From: an uncultured Gammaproteobacteria bacterium
GTDB lineage: Bacteria > Patescibacteriota > Microgenomatia > UBA10105 > UBA927
Direction of reading: 5' to 3'
Length of the DNA: 64,000 nucleotides
Assembly: GCA_964596355.1 (NCBI GenBank)
Contig: CAZQTD010000002.1
Span: forward strand, 24,929-88,928
Shown one piece after another: positions 36,397 to 46,525 of this stretch. The notes below the pieces were generated by a model. That model made no database searches, was not told the DNA's origin, and worked only from the letters and a program-made list of their open reading frames with translations. How positions within the stretch are numbered: the stretch's first letter is position 1; the number at the start of each line of letters is the position of its first letter. A program made the translations under genes and the position numbers.

Positions 36397-37134
36397 ATGA
36401 AGGGAGTTATTCTTGCAGGCGGACTTGCGACAAGGCTTCGGCCGCTGACACTTGTTACCAACAAACACCTATTGCCCGTTTACCACAAGCCGATGATTTA
36501 TTACCCGCTTGAGGCGATGCACCGCAGCGGCATCAAAGAGGTGCTTCTTACCACATCGCCTGACCACGCGGGTCATTTTGCCAACTTGCTCAAAGCGGGC
36601 GAGGACTTTGATCTTAAGCTCTATTATGCTGTGCAGCAAAATGCCAAAGGCGGCATCGCCCAAGCAATCGCCCTTGCTCAAGAGTTTGCCAAAAACGAGT
36701 GCGTGGTTGTACTTCTTGGCGACAATATATTTACCGTGAACTTGAAGCAATCAATACAAAAAATCGAATCACAAGGCCGCGGCGCAATGGTTTTTGGCGT
36801 TCGTCGCAGCATGGATTCGAAGCAGTATGGTGTCATCGAGGTTGACGCGAACGGAAAAGTTTTGTCTATAGAAGAAAAGCCTGAACACCCCAAGAGCAAC
36901 ATCGTGCAAACGGGCATTTATGTGTATGACAGCAGGGTATTTGACTTTATCCAAAAACTTACGCCGAGCGCGAGAGGTGAGCTTGAAGTAACGGATTTAA
37001 ATAACCTCTACGTACAAGAGGGGTCATTATACTGTGAAATTATCGATTGGTGGGTTGATGCCGGAACGTCGTACGATGAGCTTCTGCGGGCAAACAACGA
37101 AGTGGCACAGATGGTAAGAGAAGGAAAGTTATGA
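36397..37134 (+). CDS. rmlA: glucose-1-phosphate thymidylyltransferase-like sugar nucleotidyltransferase (short RmlA)
   Basis: MKGVILAGGLATRLRPLT...KHLLPV is the RmlA/G1P nucleotidyltransferase signature. 245 aa, so the C-terminal oligomerisation extension is missing. Confidence 0.75.
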   Translation: MKGVILAGGLATRLRPLTLVTNKHLLPVYHKPMIYYPLEAMHRSGIKEVLLTTSPDHAGHFANLLKAGEDFDLKLYYAVQQNAKGGIAQAIALAQEFAKNECVVVLLGDNIFTVNLKQSIQKIESQGRGAMVFGVRRSMDSKQYGVIEVDANGKVLSIEEKPEHPKSNIVQTGIYVYDSRVFDFIQKLTPSARGELEVTDLNNLYVQEGSLYCEIIDWWVDAGTSYDELLRANNEVAQMVREGKL

Positions 37135-37273
37135 TTAGGAAGTAGTCTTGGAAATGCACGTTTTTTGCCTCGCGTGATGAATGCTACTGGATATCATAAC
37201 GGCAACACAAGTCCGAGGTACCATGAAACGTTAAATGCAATGCAGGGCAAAAAGCAAAACGTCACTATCTCAT

Positions 37274-37750
37274 ATGATTGATGGAGTTGCTATAAAAGAA
37301 TTGATTCGCCATCCGGACGAACGGGGATTTTTTGAAGAAATAATCAGGCGCACTGACCCCTTTTTTGCCGAGGGGTTTGGACAGCTGTCGCGGTCTTCCA
37401 TGCATCAGGGTGTTGTAAAAGCTTGGCACGTTCATAAAACGCAGATTGACTGGTGGTATCTTGTGCGGGGAATTATGAAAGTTGCCCTTTACGATACACG
37501 CAAGGAGTCAAAAACATATAAAGAACTGAATGAATTCGTTTTAGGCGAACAGGGAAAGCCTAACCGTGTATTAAAAATTCCTGCTGGGGTCGCTCACGGA
37601 TTGAAGGTGCTTGTGGGGCCTGCTGACCTTGTGTACGTTACCAGTCGTACGTATGCCAAAGACGAAGAGGGGCGCATCGCGTACGATGATCCCGGTATCG
37701 GCTATGATTGGGTGCAGGGAATACCGATTACTAATATACACGTCACATAG
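37274..37750 (+). CDS. rmlC: dTDP-4-dehydrorhamnose 3,5-epimerase
   Basis: Cupin fold with DERGFFEE...GQLSRSSMHQGVVKAWHVH typical of RmlC. Start set at MIDGV. Confidence 0.8.
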   Translation: MIDGVAIKELIRHPDERGFFEEIIRRTDPFFAEGFGQLSRSSMHQGVVKAWHVHKTQIDWWYLVRGIMKVALYDTRKESKTYKELNEFVLGEQGKPNRVLKIPAGVAHGLKVLVGPADLVYVTSRTYAKDEEGRIAYDDPGIGYDWVQGIPITNIHVT

Positions 37751-37814
37751 ATATGAATCATTTAGAGGTTGGAGGTGTGGGTTGAGAATAGTATAGAAGA
37801 TACATAATTTTTTC

Positions 37815-38804
37815 ATGAAACTTCTGGTAACCGGTGGGGCCGGATTCATCGGCTCGAACTTTATTCTGTATTGGATGGACCGTCATCCCGATGATAGCGT
37901 GGTTAATATAGACGCGTTGACGTATGCTGGCAACCTTGACAATTTGGCACCTGTTAACAATAACCCGCGATATCAATTTATTCACGGAGATATCTGTGAC
38001 GTTAATGTTGTGACCAAGGCGCTTGCGGGCGTTGATACGGTCGTTCATTTTGCGGCAGAGAGCCATGTGGATCGGTCAATTGATAAACCGTTGCCGTTTG
38101 TGATGACGAATATTGTGGGTACACACGTTCTGTTGGAGGCAGCGTTGAAGGCAAAGGTTCAGCGATTTCACCATATTTCTACGGATGAAGTCTATGGATC
38201 TCTTGAATTAGGAACATTGGATAGATTTAGTGAACGAACAAAATATAACCCCAGAAGTCCATATTCGGCGAGCAAAGCTGCTTCAGATCATTTAGTAAAC
38301 GCATACTTTCATACGTACGGTTTACCTATTACAATTACGAATTGTTCCAATAATTATGGTCCATTTCAGTTTCCGGAAAAATTCATTCCCCTTACCATTA
38401 CTAATATTCTGGAAGGCAAAAAAGCGCCTCTTTATGGAGACGGTAAACATGTGCGCGATTGGCTTTATGTATTAGATCATTGTCGCGCAATCGAGCTTGT
38501 GTTGACCAAAGGCAAGGTCGGTGAAACATATTGCGTTGGAGGGCTTACCGAAGACGTTGACAACGAGACGGTGATGAAAAAAATTCTACAGATTATGGGC
38601 AAGGATGAGTCGTTTATCGAGCGGGTGAACGACAGGCCGGGTCATGACCGACGGTACGCGATTGACTGGTCAAAAATTCACCGCGAGTTAGGGTGGCAGC
38701 CAGAGCATGATTTTGACACATGGTTAACCAAAACAGTTAAGTGGTACAAAACGCATGAGTCATGGTGGAAAAAAATCAAATCCCGTGAATATGCAAAGCT
38801 ATGA
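37815..38804 (+). CDS. rmlB: dTDP-glucose 4,6-dehydratase
   Basis: MKLLVTGGAGFIGSNF Rossmann motif and YSASKAASD catalytic YxxxK. Confidence 0.9.
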   Translation: MKLLVTGGAGFIGSNFILYWMDRHPDDSVVNIDALTYAGNLDNLAPVNNNPRYQFIHGDICDVNVVTKALAGVDTVVHFAAESHVDRSIDKPLPFVMTNIVGTHVLLEAALKAKVQRFHHISTDEVYGSLELGTLDRFSERTKYNPRSPYSASKAASDHLVNAYFHTYGLPITITNCSNNYGPFQFPEKFIPLTITNILEGKKAPLYGDGKHVRDWLYVLDHCRAIELVLTKGKVGETYCVGGLTEDVDNETVMKKILQIMGKDESFIERVNDRPGHDRRYAIDWSKIHRELGWQPEHDFDTWLTKTVKWYKTHESWWKKIKSREYAKL

Positions 38805-39685
38805 AGATATTAGGAACAGGATTATCAGGGCTTGTCGGTTCGCGCGTTGTTGAACTTCTTTCACCCCCTTGGAGTTTTGAAAACTTGAGTCTTGAAACTG
38901 GTATTGATATTACTGACAAAACGCTCGTGACGCGCTACATTGAGCAATCAGAAAGCCAGTGGGTTTTCCATTTTGCGGCAATTACTGATGTTGACGGATG
39001 TGAACAAGAAAAAGATAGAGGCCAGCAGAGCAGATCGTGGCAGGTCAACGTTGCAGCCACAGAACACATCGTTCAAGCGTGCAAGGAGACCGGAAAGCGC
39101 ATGGTGTATATTTCCACAGATTTTGTTTTTGACGGCACGAAACCGTCATATACCGAAGAAGATATTCCTAATCCTCTGAGCTGGTACGCGCTGACAAAAT
39201 ATGAAGGCGAGAAACGGGTCACTGCCTTGGGCGATCGCGGGCTTATTGTGCGCATCGCCTACCCCTATCGCGCAACAGCTGCCGGCAAGCCTGATTTTGT
39301 CCATAGAATACTTGAAAGATTACAACAGGGCAGTCCGGTGACTGCTCCAAGCGATTCGTTTATTACGCCGACGTTTATCGATGATATTGCCTATGCCTTG
39401 AAAAAACTTATATCGGCACGTTCAAGCGGCATCTATCATGTGGTTGGAGGCGCCGCGACGACTCCTTTTGAGGCGGCGCAAACGATCGCTCGCGTGTTTG
39501 AACTAGACAGTTCGCACATTACATCGATTATGCATGAAGACTATTACAAGAATCGAGCGAGGCGTCCCTTTTACGGCATACTCAAACATGATAAAATAGC
39601 GAAATTCGGTGTCGCTATGTCTACTTTGGAAGACGGGTTGCGAGCGGTACGTGAACAGGTAGGTAAGGCGCGTAAAGACGTATGA
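38801..39685 (+). CDS. rmlD: dTDP-4-dehydrorhamnose reductase
   Basis: MKILGTGLSGLVGSRV start, RmlD-like SDR with YALTKYEGE (YxxxK). 4-nt overlap with rmlB. Confidence 0.85.
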   Translation: MKILGTGLSGLVGSRVVELLSPPWSFENLSLETGIDITDKTLVTRYIEQSESQWVFHFAAITDVDGCEQEKDRGQQSRSWQVNVAATEHIVQACKETGKRMVYISTDFVFDGTKPSYTEEDIPNPLSWYALTKYEGEKRVTALGDRGLIVRIAYPYRATAAGKPDFVHRILERLQQGSPVTAPSDSFITPTFIDDIAYALKKLISARSSGIYHVVGGAATTPFEAAQTIARVFELDSSHITSIMHEDYYKNRARRPFYGILKHDKIAKFGVAMSTLEDGLRAVREQVGKARKDV

Positions 39686-40980
39686 CGATAGCATTTATCG
39701 GCCATGGGTACGTTGGACTTGTTTCTGCCGCTGTATTTGCGGATTTAGGTAATACCGTGTGGGTGGTCGGACGAACGAAGGAGAAAATAGATAAGCTTAA
39801 ACGCGGCATAGCGACGTTTTATGAGCCGGGTCTTTCGGAGTTGGTCAAACGCAACGTTGACGCAGGCAGATTGCTTTTTACGCTGGACTATAAAGACGCG
39901 GTCGTTCCATCCACAATCATTTTTATTTGTGTGGGCACGCCTGCCAGGCGCAATGGCGAGGCAGACCTAACGAGTGTTTTTTCAGCGGCTGAACACATAG
40001 GAAAAAATCTCACGGGTTATAAAGTAGTGGCAACAAAAAGTACCGTGCCGCCGGGAACAAATCGCAAGGTAGCTGCAATTCTTGCAAAACACGCTTCGCG
40101 GGATGCGTTGTTTGACGTTGCATCGGTGCCGGAATTCTTGCGTGAAGGAAGCGCCATAGACGATACGCTTCATCCGGATCGTGTCGTTATTGGCTGTGAT
40201 GCGAAGCGAGCCTGCAAACTGCTTCTTGAACTCCACAAGCCTATTGACGGCAAGACGGTGCTTTGTGCTATAGAGACTGCGGAACTTATCAAATACGCAT
40301 CCAATTCGCTTTTGTCTACAAAAATATCGTTTGCCAACGCCATATCATTTCTTGCGGAAAGGGTTGGAGCAGATGCAGAGCAGGTTTTGGAAGGTGTTGG
40401 ACTGGACAAAAGGCTGGGCAGAAGTTTTCTCTATCCCGGGGTTGGATATGGCGGCAGTTGCTTCCCCAAAGACGTGAAAGCGCTTATCGCTATCGCCAAG
40501 GAGCACGGGTATGATTTTAGCCTTCTTAAGGCGGTTGACGCTATAAACAAGGAGGCTGCCGAACATTTTATAGAGAAAATCTTGAACCACTTTGACGGTA
40601 AACTCGCAGGAAAAACCATCGCGATATGGGGACTATCATTTAAGCCAAATACCGATGACATGCGAGAAGCGCCGTCAATATCAATAATTTCACGTCTTGT
40701 TCGCGAGGGGGCAACTGTTCGCGCCTACGATCCCGCGGCTGTGGAAAACGCGAAGCTCGTGTTGCCCAAAAGCGTCGAATTTACCAGAAGCGCGCAAGAG
40801 GCAGCAACCGGAGCAGACGCGGTTGCTGTCATCACAGAATGGAATGAATTTCGCCAGATTGATCTGGAGAAGCTAGCTAAAAATCTTAAAAGCAGAGTTC
40901 TTTTTGATGGAAGGAACATTTACGATCCCGAGCGTGTAAAAGAGGCGGGTTTTCTGTATTATAGTGTTGGGAGGGGATAA
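39682..40980 (+). CDS. ugd: UDP-glucose 6-dehydrogenase / nucleotide-sugar dehydrogenase
   Basis: IAFIGHGYVGLVSA Rossmann motif and catalytic Cys region GGSCFPKDV. Confidence 0.85.
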   Translation: MTIAFIGHGYVGLVSAAVFADLGNTVWVVGRTKEKIDKLKRGIATFYEPGLSELVKRNVDAGRLLFTLDYKDAVVPSTIIFICVGTPARRNGEADLTSVFSAAEHIGKNLTGYKVVATKSTVPPGTNRKVAAILAKHASRDALFDVASVPEFLREGSAIDDTLHPDRVVIGCDAKRACKLLLELHKPIDGKTVLCAIETAELIKYASNSLLSTKISFANAISFLAERVGADAEQVLEGVGLDKRLGRSFLYPGVGYGGSCFPKDVKALIAIAKEHGYDFSLLKAVDAINKEAAEHFIEKILNHFDGKLAGKTIAIWGLSFKPNTDDMREAPSISIISRLVREGATVRAYDPAAVENAKLVLPKSVEFTRSAQEAATGADAVAVITEWNEFRQIDLEKLAKNLKSRVLFDGRNIYDPERVKEAGFLYYSVGRG

Positions 40981-40983
40981 ATT

Positions 40984-41943
40984 ATGGTTAAGAAAAAAGT
41001 ATTCATTACCGGTATTGCCGGGTTTGTGGGGAGCCATTTGGCGGAATTGCTTCTGCATAAGGGGTTTGAAGTGTATGGACTTGTACGGCCGCGCAGCAAC
41101 ACCGATCACATTGAATCCATCATGAGCAGACTGCGGCTGGTGGACGCCGATCTAATGGACACCCACAGTCTCTATACAACCATCAATAGGATTAAGCCTG
41201 ATTTTATTTTCCATCTGGCTGCACAATCGTTCGTTCCAACATCATGGGTTTCTCCGTCGGTGACGCTGGAGGTCAATGTTGTGGGATCCGCAAACCTCTT
41301 CGAAGCGGTTAAGATGGCAAAAATAGATCCCGTCATCCAGATTGCGTGTTCTTCAGAAGAATACGGTTTGGTTATGCCCGAAGAACTGCCAATAGTGGAA
41401 ACGAACCCCCTGCGGCCGCTTTCTCCGTATGCGGTATCAAAAGTCGCAATGGATTATTTGGGATACCAGTATTACCAATCGTACAAGGTGCGAATTGTGC
41501 GGACTCGCGGGTTTAACCATACCGGTCCAAGGCGTGGAGAAACGTTTGCCGAGTCGAATTTTGCCAAGCAAATTGCGATGATTGAAAAGGGCAAACAAGA
41601 ACCGGTCGTCAGCGTCGGAAATTTGGATGCAAGCCGTGACTATACCGATGTGCGGGATATGGTGCGCGCGTACCTTTTGGCTGTTGAGAAGTGCGACCCG
41701 GGCGACGTTTACAATATCTGTTCAAATAAAACGGTCAAAATTGGCGATATGCTTAACCTTCTTGTATCATATGCAAAGGTGAAGGTGACGGTAAAGACGG
41801 ACCCCGCACGGATGCGTCCCAGCGACGTGCCGATACTTTTGGGAAGCAGCAAGAAATTTTTTGATAAAACCGGTTGGAAGCCAGAGATCCCGTTTGAAAA
41901 AACCATGGAAGATCTTCTTAATTACTGGCGGGCGAGAGTGTGA
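40984..41943 (+). CDS. NAD-dependent nucleotide-sugar epimerase/dehydratase (Gmd/UXS/ArnA-C-terminal-like extended SDR)
   Basis: VFITGIAGFVGSHLAELLL and YAVSKVAMD (YxxxK). Its position directly after ugd suggests it acts on UDP-glucuronate or a related sugar. Confidence 0.7.
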   Translation: MVKKKVFITGIAGFVGSHLAELLLHKGFEVYGLVRPRSNTDHIESIMSRLRLVDADLMDTHSLYTTINRIKPDFIFHLAAQSFVPTSWVSPSVTLEVNVVGSANLFEAVKMAKIDPVIQIACSSEEYGLVMPEELPIVETNPLRPLSPYAVSKVAMDYLGYQYYQSYKVRIVRTRGFNHTGPRRGETFAESNFAKQIAMIEKGKQEPVVSVGNLDASRDYTDVRDMVRAYLLAVEKCDPGDVYNICSNKTVKIGDMLNLLVSYAKVKVTVKTDPARMRPSDVPILLGSSKKFFDKTGWKPEIPFEKTMEDLLNYWRARV

Positions 41944-41950
41944 CGCTGCT

Positions 41951-43063
41951 ATGAATCTGGTCTTCATTCTTCCCACGTATAACGAACGGGAGAATATTGT
42001 TACGCTGCTTGAAGCGCTTAGAAAAGCGACGTCAAAAGTTAAAGGCTATACGATTACGTATCTTATCGTTGATGATAATTCTCCGGATGGCACAAAAGAT
42101 GAAGTGTTGCGGTACAAAAAAACTCACCCTACCGTTCAGGTGGTATCCGGCAAGAAAGAAGGTTTGGGCAAAGCGCTATTGCGGGGAATGAAGTATGCGG
42201 TTCATACGCTTCGTACCGACATTTTGTTTCAAATGGATGCGGACTTATCGCATGATCCCTCTAAAGTGCCGGAATTTTTAGAGCATCTGGCAAAGGGCGC
42301 GGATTTTGTCATCGGAAGCAGATACATTCCGGGAGGGTCTATACCGGACAACTGGGGAGCGCACCGAAAGCTTTTTAGCAGGGCTGGTAATGCGATCGTG
42401 CGGTTTGGGCTCGGATATCCGCATGTGCATGACTGGACAGGAGGATTTAGAGCGTTTCCCAAAAAGTATTATGAATTATTGCATGAAGAAGTTTCTCCGT
42501 ACAGCGGATACGTATTTCAAATAGCATTTTTGCACCGCGCGATTATGAAAGGCGCGCGTGTTGCCGAAGTGCCGTTTAGATTTACGGATAGACGGTTTGG
42601 CAGGTCAAAAATAGCGCCCGCCGAATATATCCGCAATGTGTTGGTATATGTGGCAAATGCCAGAATGATGCAATGCATACATGGCCCCATCGGCAAGATG
42701 CTTGTTGTGGGCGCCATAGGGTTTGTCATCAATACGATTATTCTTGAGGCCGGCGTTGCGCTGGGTTTGGATCCGACGGTTGGAAGCGCGGCAGGAGCAG
42801 AAACAGCGATTATATCGAATTTTATCCTCAACAACACGTGGACGTTTCGGGAGAGAAAAATTATCGGCATAAGATTAATCAGTAAATTCCTGCAATTTAA
42901 CGCGACGTCGTTTGGCGCGATACTCATTCAGACGGCAACAGTGTTTGCGGGCACGCGATTGTTTGGTCACGGCGTGTATCGGTTGTTTTACATGATGGGC
43001 GTGGGAATCGGTTTGGTATGGAATTTTACAATGTACGCAAAGGTCATCTGGAGAAAAAAATGA
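41951..43063 (+). CDS. GT2 polyprenol-phosphate glycosyltransferase fused to C-terminal GtrA-like domain
   Basis: Start refined to MNLVFILPTYNERENI. GT2 core with DDNSPDGT and DADLSHDP, then four C-terminal TM helices resembling the GtrA family (residues 250-370). Confidence 0.75.
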   Translation: MNLVFILPTYNERENIVTLLEALRKATSKVKGYTITYLIVDDNSPDGTKDEVLRYKKTHPTVQVVSGKKEGLGKALLRGMKYAVHTLRTDILFQMDADLSHDPSKVPEFLEHLAKGADFVIGSRYIPGGSIPDNWGAHRKLFSRAGNAIVRFGLGYPHVHDWTGGFRAFPKKYYELLHEEVSPYSGYVFQIAFLHRAIMKGARVAEVPFRFTDRRFGRSKIAPAEYIRNVLVYVANARMMQCIHGPIGKMLVVGAIGFVINTIILEAGVALGLDPTVGSAAGAETAIISNFILNNTWTFRERKIIGIRLISKFLQFNATSFGAILIQTATVFAGTRLFGHGVYRLFYMMGVGIGLVWNFTMYAKVIWRKK

Positions 43064-43067
43064 ACAT

Positions 43068-44609
43068 ATGATAGTAATATGCGGTGAGCAGAAGAAACCA
43101 TGGATGGTTCCCCTTGTGGTGGGGGTTATTCTCGCGCTTGGAGCGTATCTTCGGCTCCACAATATTGCTGGCTACATGACGTTTTTGGGTGATGAAGGAC
43201 GAGACGTCCTTGTCGTCAAACGCATGATAGTGGACCATAAATTTACGCTTCTTGGCCCCACTGCGTCAGTGGGCGGATTTTTCCTTGGACCGCTCTACTA
43301 CTACCTTATGCTTCCTTTTTTGTGGGCATGGGGGCTTAATCCTGTGGGTCCCGCCGTTATGGTTGCGCTTTTTGGTGTTGCGACGATTTACCTTGTGTAC
43401 CTGACCGGACGCGTACTGTTTGACCGGTGGGTCGGTATAATCGCTGCAAGTCTCTATGCGGTGTCTCCTTTAGTTATCGCGTACTCCCGATCATCATGGA
43501 ATCCAAACGTGGTGCCGTTTTTTGCGACGCTTCTTGTATTGTTATTGTGGAAGCTTAAACAACGCGAAACAGGACGTGTTGCCCTTGGAATCGGCGTTGT
43601 TCTCGGCATGGGACTGCAGCTCCATTATCTCTTCCTCTTTTTATTTGTACTGGTGGGTTTGTGGTATGCGGTGAGCGTTCGGCGTGCCACGCTGTTACGA
43701 CTCGTCGCTCTGACGACAGCGGGGTTCGTCATTGGGTACGCGCCGTTTCTAGCGTTTGAGGTGCGCCACGGTTTTCCTAACACGCAATCCGTGATACGTT
43801 TTGTGTTTGCGGGTAAAGAAACCGGGTATCAGGGGACAGCGTTTTTTACGACGATTTACGACATCGTGTTTAGGCTTTTTGGAAGACTTCTTTTCAGACT
43901 TCCAGATACGACCGTATGGGACAATTTCCCGCGATGGCAAATAGCCGTTTGGATCATGATCACGCGGACGACTGCTATAATAAGCAGCATTGCTTTATTC
44001 TTGCCTGTCTTTAGAAGACGCAAACAATCACAAAACTATCTCCTCCTCCTTCTGTGGTTTACTGTTCCGGTGTTTCTTTTTGGGTTTTACAAAAAGGGTA
44101 TCTATGATTATTATTTTGGCATTTTTTTTGCATTGCCGTTTCTTGCCGTTGGAATCATCGTGTCGCTCCTTATGAAAGGAAAACTTTCCCGGTGGATGGC
44201 ATTGGGACTTTGGCTGGGACTGGTATATTTTAATTGGCAGGGAAGGCCGTTTGTTCATCCTCCGAATAATCAGCTGGCGCAGGCGAGAGAAATCGCTCGT
44301 GTTGCGTATGAAAAGGCAGAGGGGCGGCCGTACAACTTTGCCTTGGTAACCAGCGGGAATTCTGATCACGCGTACCGATACTTTTTTGAACTATGGGGCA
44401 ATAAGCCAGTTACAATTGAGAATGAAAGCATTGACCCGGAAAGGAAAACCGTGACAGATCAACTCATCGTTATATGTGAAGGCGCGTGCGAGCCGCTGGG
44501 ACATCCCTTGTGGGAGATTGCTGGTTTCGGCAGAGCAGAAATCGCAGGAAGCTGGGACGTACCATTTGTCAAAATTTATAAACTCGTCCACTATAAAGGA
44601 GAATCGTGA
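43068..44609 (+). CDS. polytopic GT-C-type glycosyltransferase (ArnT/PMT superfamily-like, DEGRD motif in first loop)
   Basis: 513 aa with more than 10 TM helices and an acidic motif FLGDEGRD after TM1. Paralogous to the minus-strand gene at 62574-63842 (shared GP.YYYL block). Confidence 0.55.
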   Translation: MIVICGEQKKPWMVPLVVGVILALGAYLRLHNIAGYMTFLGDEGRDVLVVKRMIVDHKFTLLGPTASVGGFFLGPLYYYLMLPFLWAWGLNPVGPAVMVALFGVATIYLVYLTGRVLFDRWVGIIAASLYAVSPLVIAYSRSSWNPNVVPFFATLLVLLLWKLKQRETGRVALGIGVVLGMGLQLHYLFLFLFVLVGLWYAVSVRRATLLRLVALTTAGFVIGYAPFLAFEVRHGFPNTQSVIRFVFAGKETGYQGTAFFTTIYDIVFRLFGRLLFRLPDTTVWDNFPRWQIAVWIMITRTTAIISSIALFLPVFRRRKQSQNYLLLLLWFTVPVFLFGFYKKGIYDYYFGIFFALPFLAVGIIVSLLMKGKLSRWMALGLWLGLVYFNWQGRPFVHPPNNQLAQAREIARVAYEKAEGRPYNFALVTSGNSDHAYRYFFELWGNKPVTIENESIDPERKTVTDQLIVICEGACEPLGHPLWEIAGFGRAEIAGSWDVPFVKIYKLVHYKGES

Positions 44610-45358
44610 AACAACCGTTTTTGTCCATCGTCATCCCTGCATACAATGAAGAAACGAATATTCGCTTAGGCGCGCTTGATAAGGTGTCCAGGTATCTGGA
44701 GCACCAAACATACAGAAAGGAAGTTATTGTGGTTGATGACGGCTCGACCGATGCGACAGGGGATCTCCTTGACGATTTTGTCCAAACGAATAAAGACTTT
44801 CGCGTTATCCACAAGGCTCACAGTGGAAAAGCCGGCACGGTGATAGAGGGTGTGTTGGCGGCAAAAGGAGAACTGGTGCTGTTTACCGATCTAGATCAGG
44901 CAACGCCGCTTCATGAACTAGAACGTTTGCTGCCGTATTTTGCCAGCGGATATGACATTGTTATCGGTTCAAGGAATGCAAGGCGTGAAGGAGCGCCCGT
45001 TACACGCGTCATAATGGCGAAAGGATTTATGATGCTTCGCGCGCTCTTTCTGGGACTTCGAGGAATTACTGACACGCAGTGCGGATTTAAAGCGTTCCGG
45101 CGGGAAGTAGCAGTGTCAATTGTTCGAAACCTCAAGCTCTACGGACATGGCGGCCAAGCGACCGGTTCGATGGTAACCGCAGGATTTGATATAGAGGTGC
45201 TTTTTGTTGCGAAAAAAAAGAAATACAAAATTAAAGAAGTTCCTGTCGAGTGGCACTATGTGGAAACGAGGAGAGTTAGCCCGCTAAAAGATTCTTTATT
45301 CGGACTTGTGGATATGATAAAAATCCGCGTGAATGCGTGGCGGGGGCTCTATCGGTAG
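44606..45358 (+). CDS. GT2 polyprenol-phosphate glycosyltransferase (Dpm1-like)
   Basis: SIVIPAYNEE, VVDDGSTD and DLDQATP (DxD). 4-nt overlap with the preceding GT-C gene. Confidence 0.8.
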   Translation: MKQPFLSIVIPAYNEETNIRLGALDKVSRYLEHQTYRKEVIVVDDGSTDATGDLLDDFVQTNKDFRVIHKAHSGKAGTVIEGVLAAKGELVLFTDLDQATPLHELERLLPYFASGYDIVIGSRNARREGAPVTRVIMAKGFMMLRALFLGLRGITDTQCGFKAFRREVAVSIVRNLKLYGHGGQATGSMVTAGFDIEVLFVAKKKKYKIKEVPVEWHYVETRRVSPLKDSLFGLVDMIKIRVNAWRGLYR

Positions 45359-45366
45359 ATTAGCGT

Positions 45367-46506
45367 ATGGTATTGCTTGTATCCTATGTATTTGCGGCGT
45401 TGAGCTTGCTGGTATATTCGTACACTCAAGTTGACTTAAGCCTTACGCTAACCGAAGCGGGCATTTTTCAATCTATACAAAAGGCGTTTCAGCACATTGG
45501 TTATTATCAGCGACCAATGTCTACTGCTTTATTTATCGTGATCGTTCTGATGTTTTCCGGACTTTACCTTGCATCCATTCGCGCGTTTCGGAAGAACGCA
45601 CTGACGAACCGCCAGCTTTGGCATATTATCGGTGCGGTTGCAGCAATTCTTGTATTGTCATACCCGGCTTTTTCTTATGACCTATTTAACTACATGTTTA
45701 CCGCAAAAACCGTACTGGTATATCACAAAAACCCGTACACGGTGACTCCGCTTCAGTTTTCTGGTGTTGAACCATGGCTTTCCTTCATGCATTGGACGCA
45801 TCTACCCAGTGCCTATACCCCATTGTGGATACTCATAACTATCCCCGCGTACCTTTTAGGGTTTGGGTATTTCTTGGGGATCATGTGGAACATGAAACTC
45901 ATTGCTGCGGCATTTTATCTGTTGACTGCATGGTGTATTGGTCAAATTCTGTCGCGCGTCGATGAAAAACGGCGGCAAGTGGGTATGGCGATATTTGCGC
46001 TCAATCCTCTTATCATCATAGAGACGCTTGTCAGCGGCCACAACGATATCGTCATGATGGCGTTCGCAATGTTGGCGCTCTGCTTATGGCTGGCAAGAAA
46101 GCACCGTTTGTCATACGTGTTTTTGGCTCTGTCTGTTGCAAGCAAGCTCATAACGCTTGTTTTGTATCCCGTCGCAGTATCAGGGTGGAATAGACGATGG
46201 GCGCTTGCCGCCATGCTTGGTGGATTTGCCGCTGTTTTAACCCAGCGCGAGGTGCTTGCGTGGTATTGGGTATGGATCGTGCCGTTTGTCGCGCTTCTGC
46301 CGTCCTATGGCGAATTAACGATCGTATCACTGGGCGTATCCATTGGTTTGCTTCTTCGCTACGCGCCGTTTCTCTATTTCGGTCACTGGAACGACCCGGT
46401 TCCGCTTATTAAGGAGTGGGCGACATGGGTGCCTGTTGGCGCTTCAATTGTTTTAGTATGTTCTATACGTCTTTTGCGTAGAAAAAATCGCGCATCTTCG
46501 GTATAA
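45367..46506 (+). CDS. polytopic membrane protein, putative GT-C-like glycosyltransferase or polymerase
   Basis: 379 aa with about 10 TM helices and a conserved-looking SGHNDIVMMAF segment. Family not recognised with confidence; the call rests on context within the glycosylation locus. Confidence 0.4.
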   Translation: MVLLVSYVFAALSLLVYSYTQVDLSLTLTEAGIFQSIQKAFQHIGYYQRPMSTALFIVIVLMFSGLYLASIRAFRKNALTNRQLWHIIGAVAAILVLSYPAFSYDLFNYMFTAKTVLVYHKNPYTVTPLQFSGVEPWLSFMHWTHLPSAYTPLWILITIPAYLLGFGYFLGIMWNMKLIAAAFYLLTAWCIGQILSRVDEKRRQVGMAIFALNPLIIIETLVSGHNDIVMMAFAMLALCLWLARKHRLSYVFLALSVASKLITLVLYPVAVSGWNRRWALAAMLGGFAAVLTQREVLAWYWVWIVPFVALLPSYGELTIVSLGVSIGLLLRYAPFLYFGHWNDPVPLIKEWATWVPVGASIVLVCSIRLLRRKNRASSV

Positions 46507-46525
46507 TCTCCGTATATCCTTCTTT

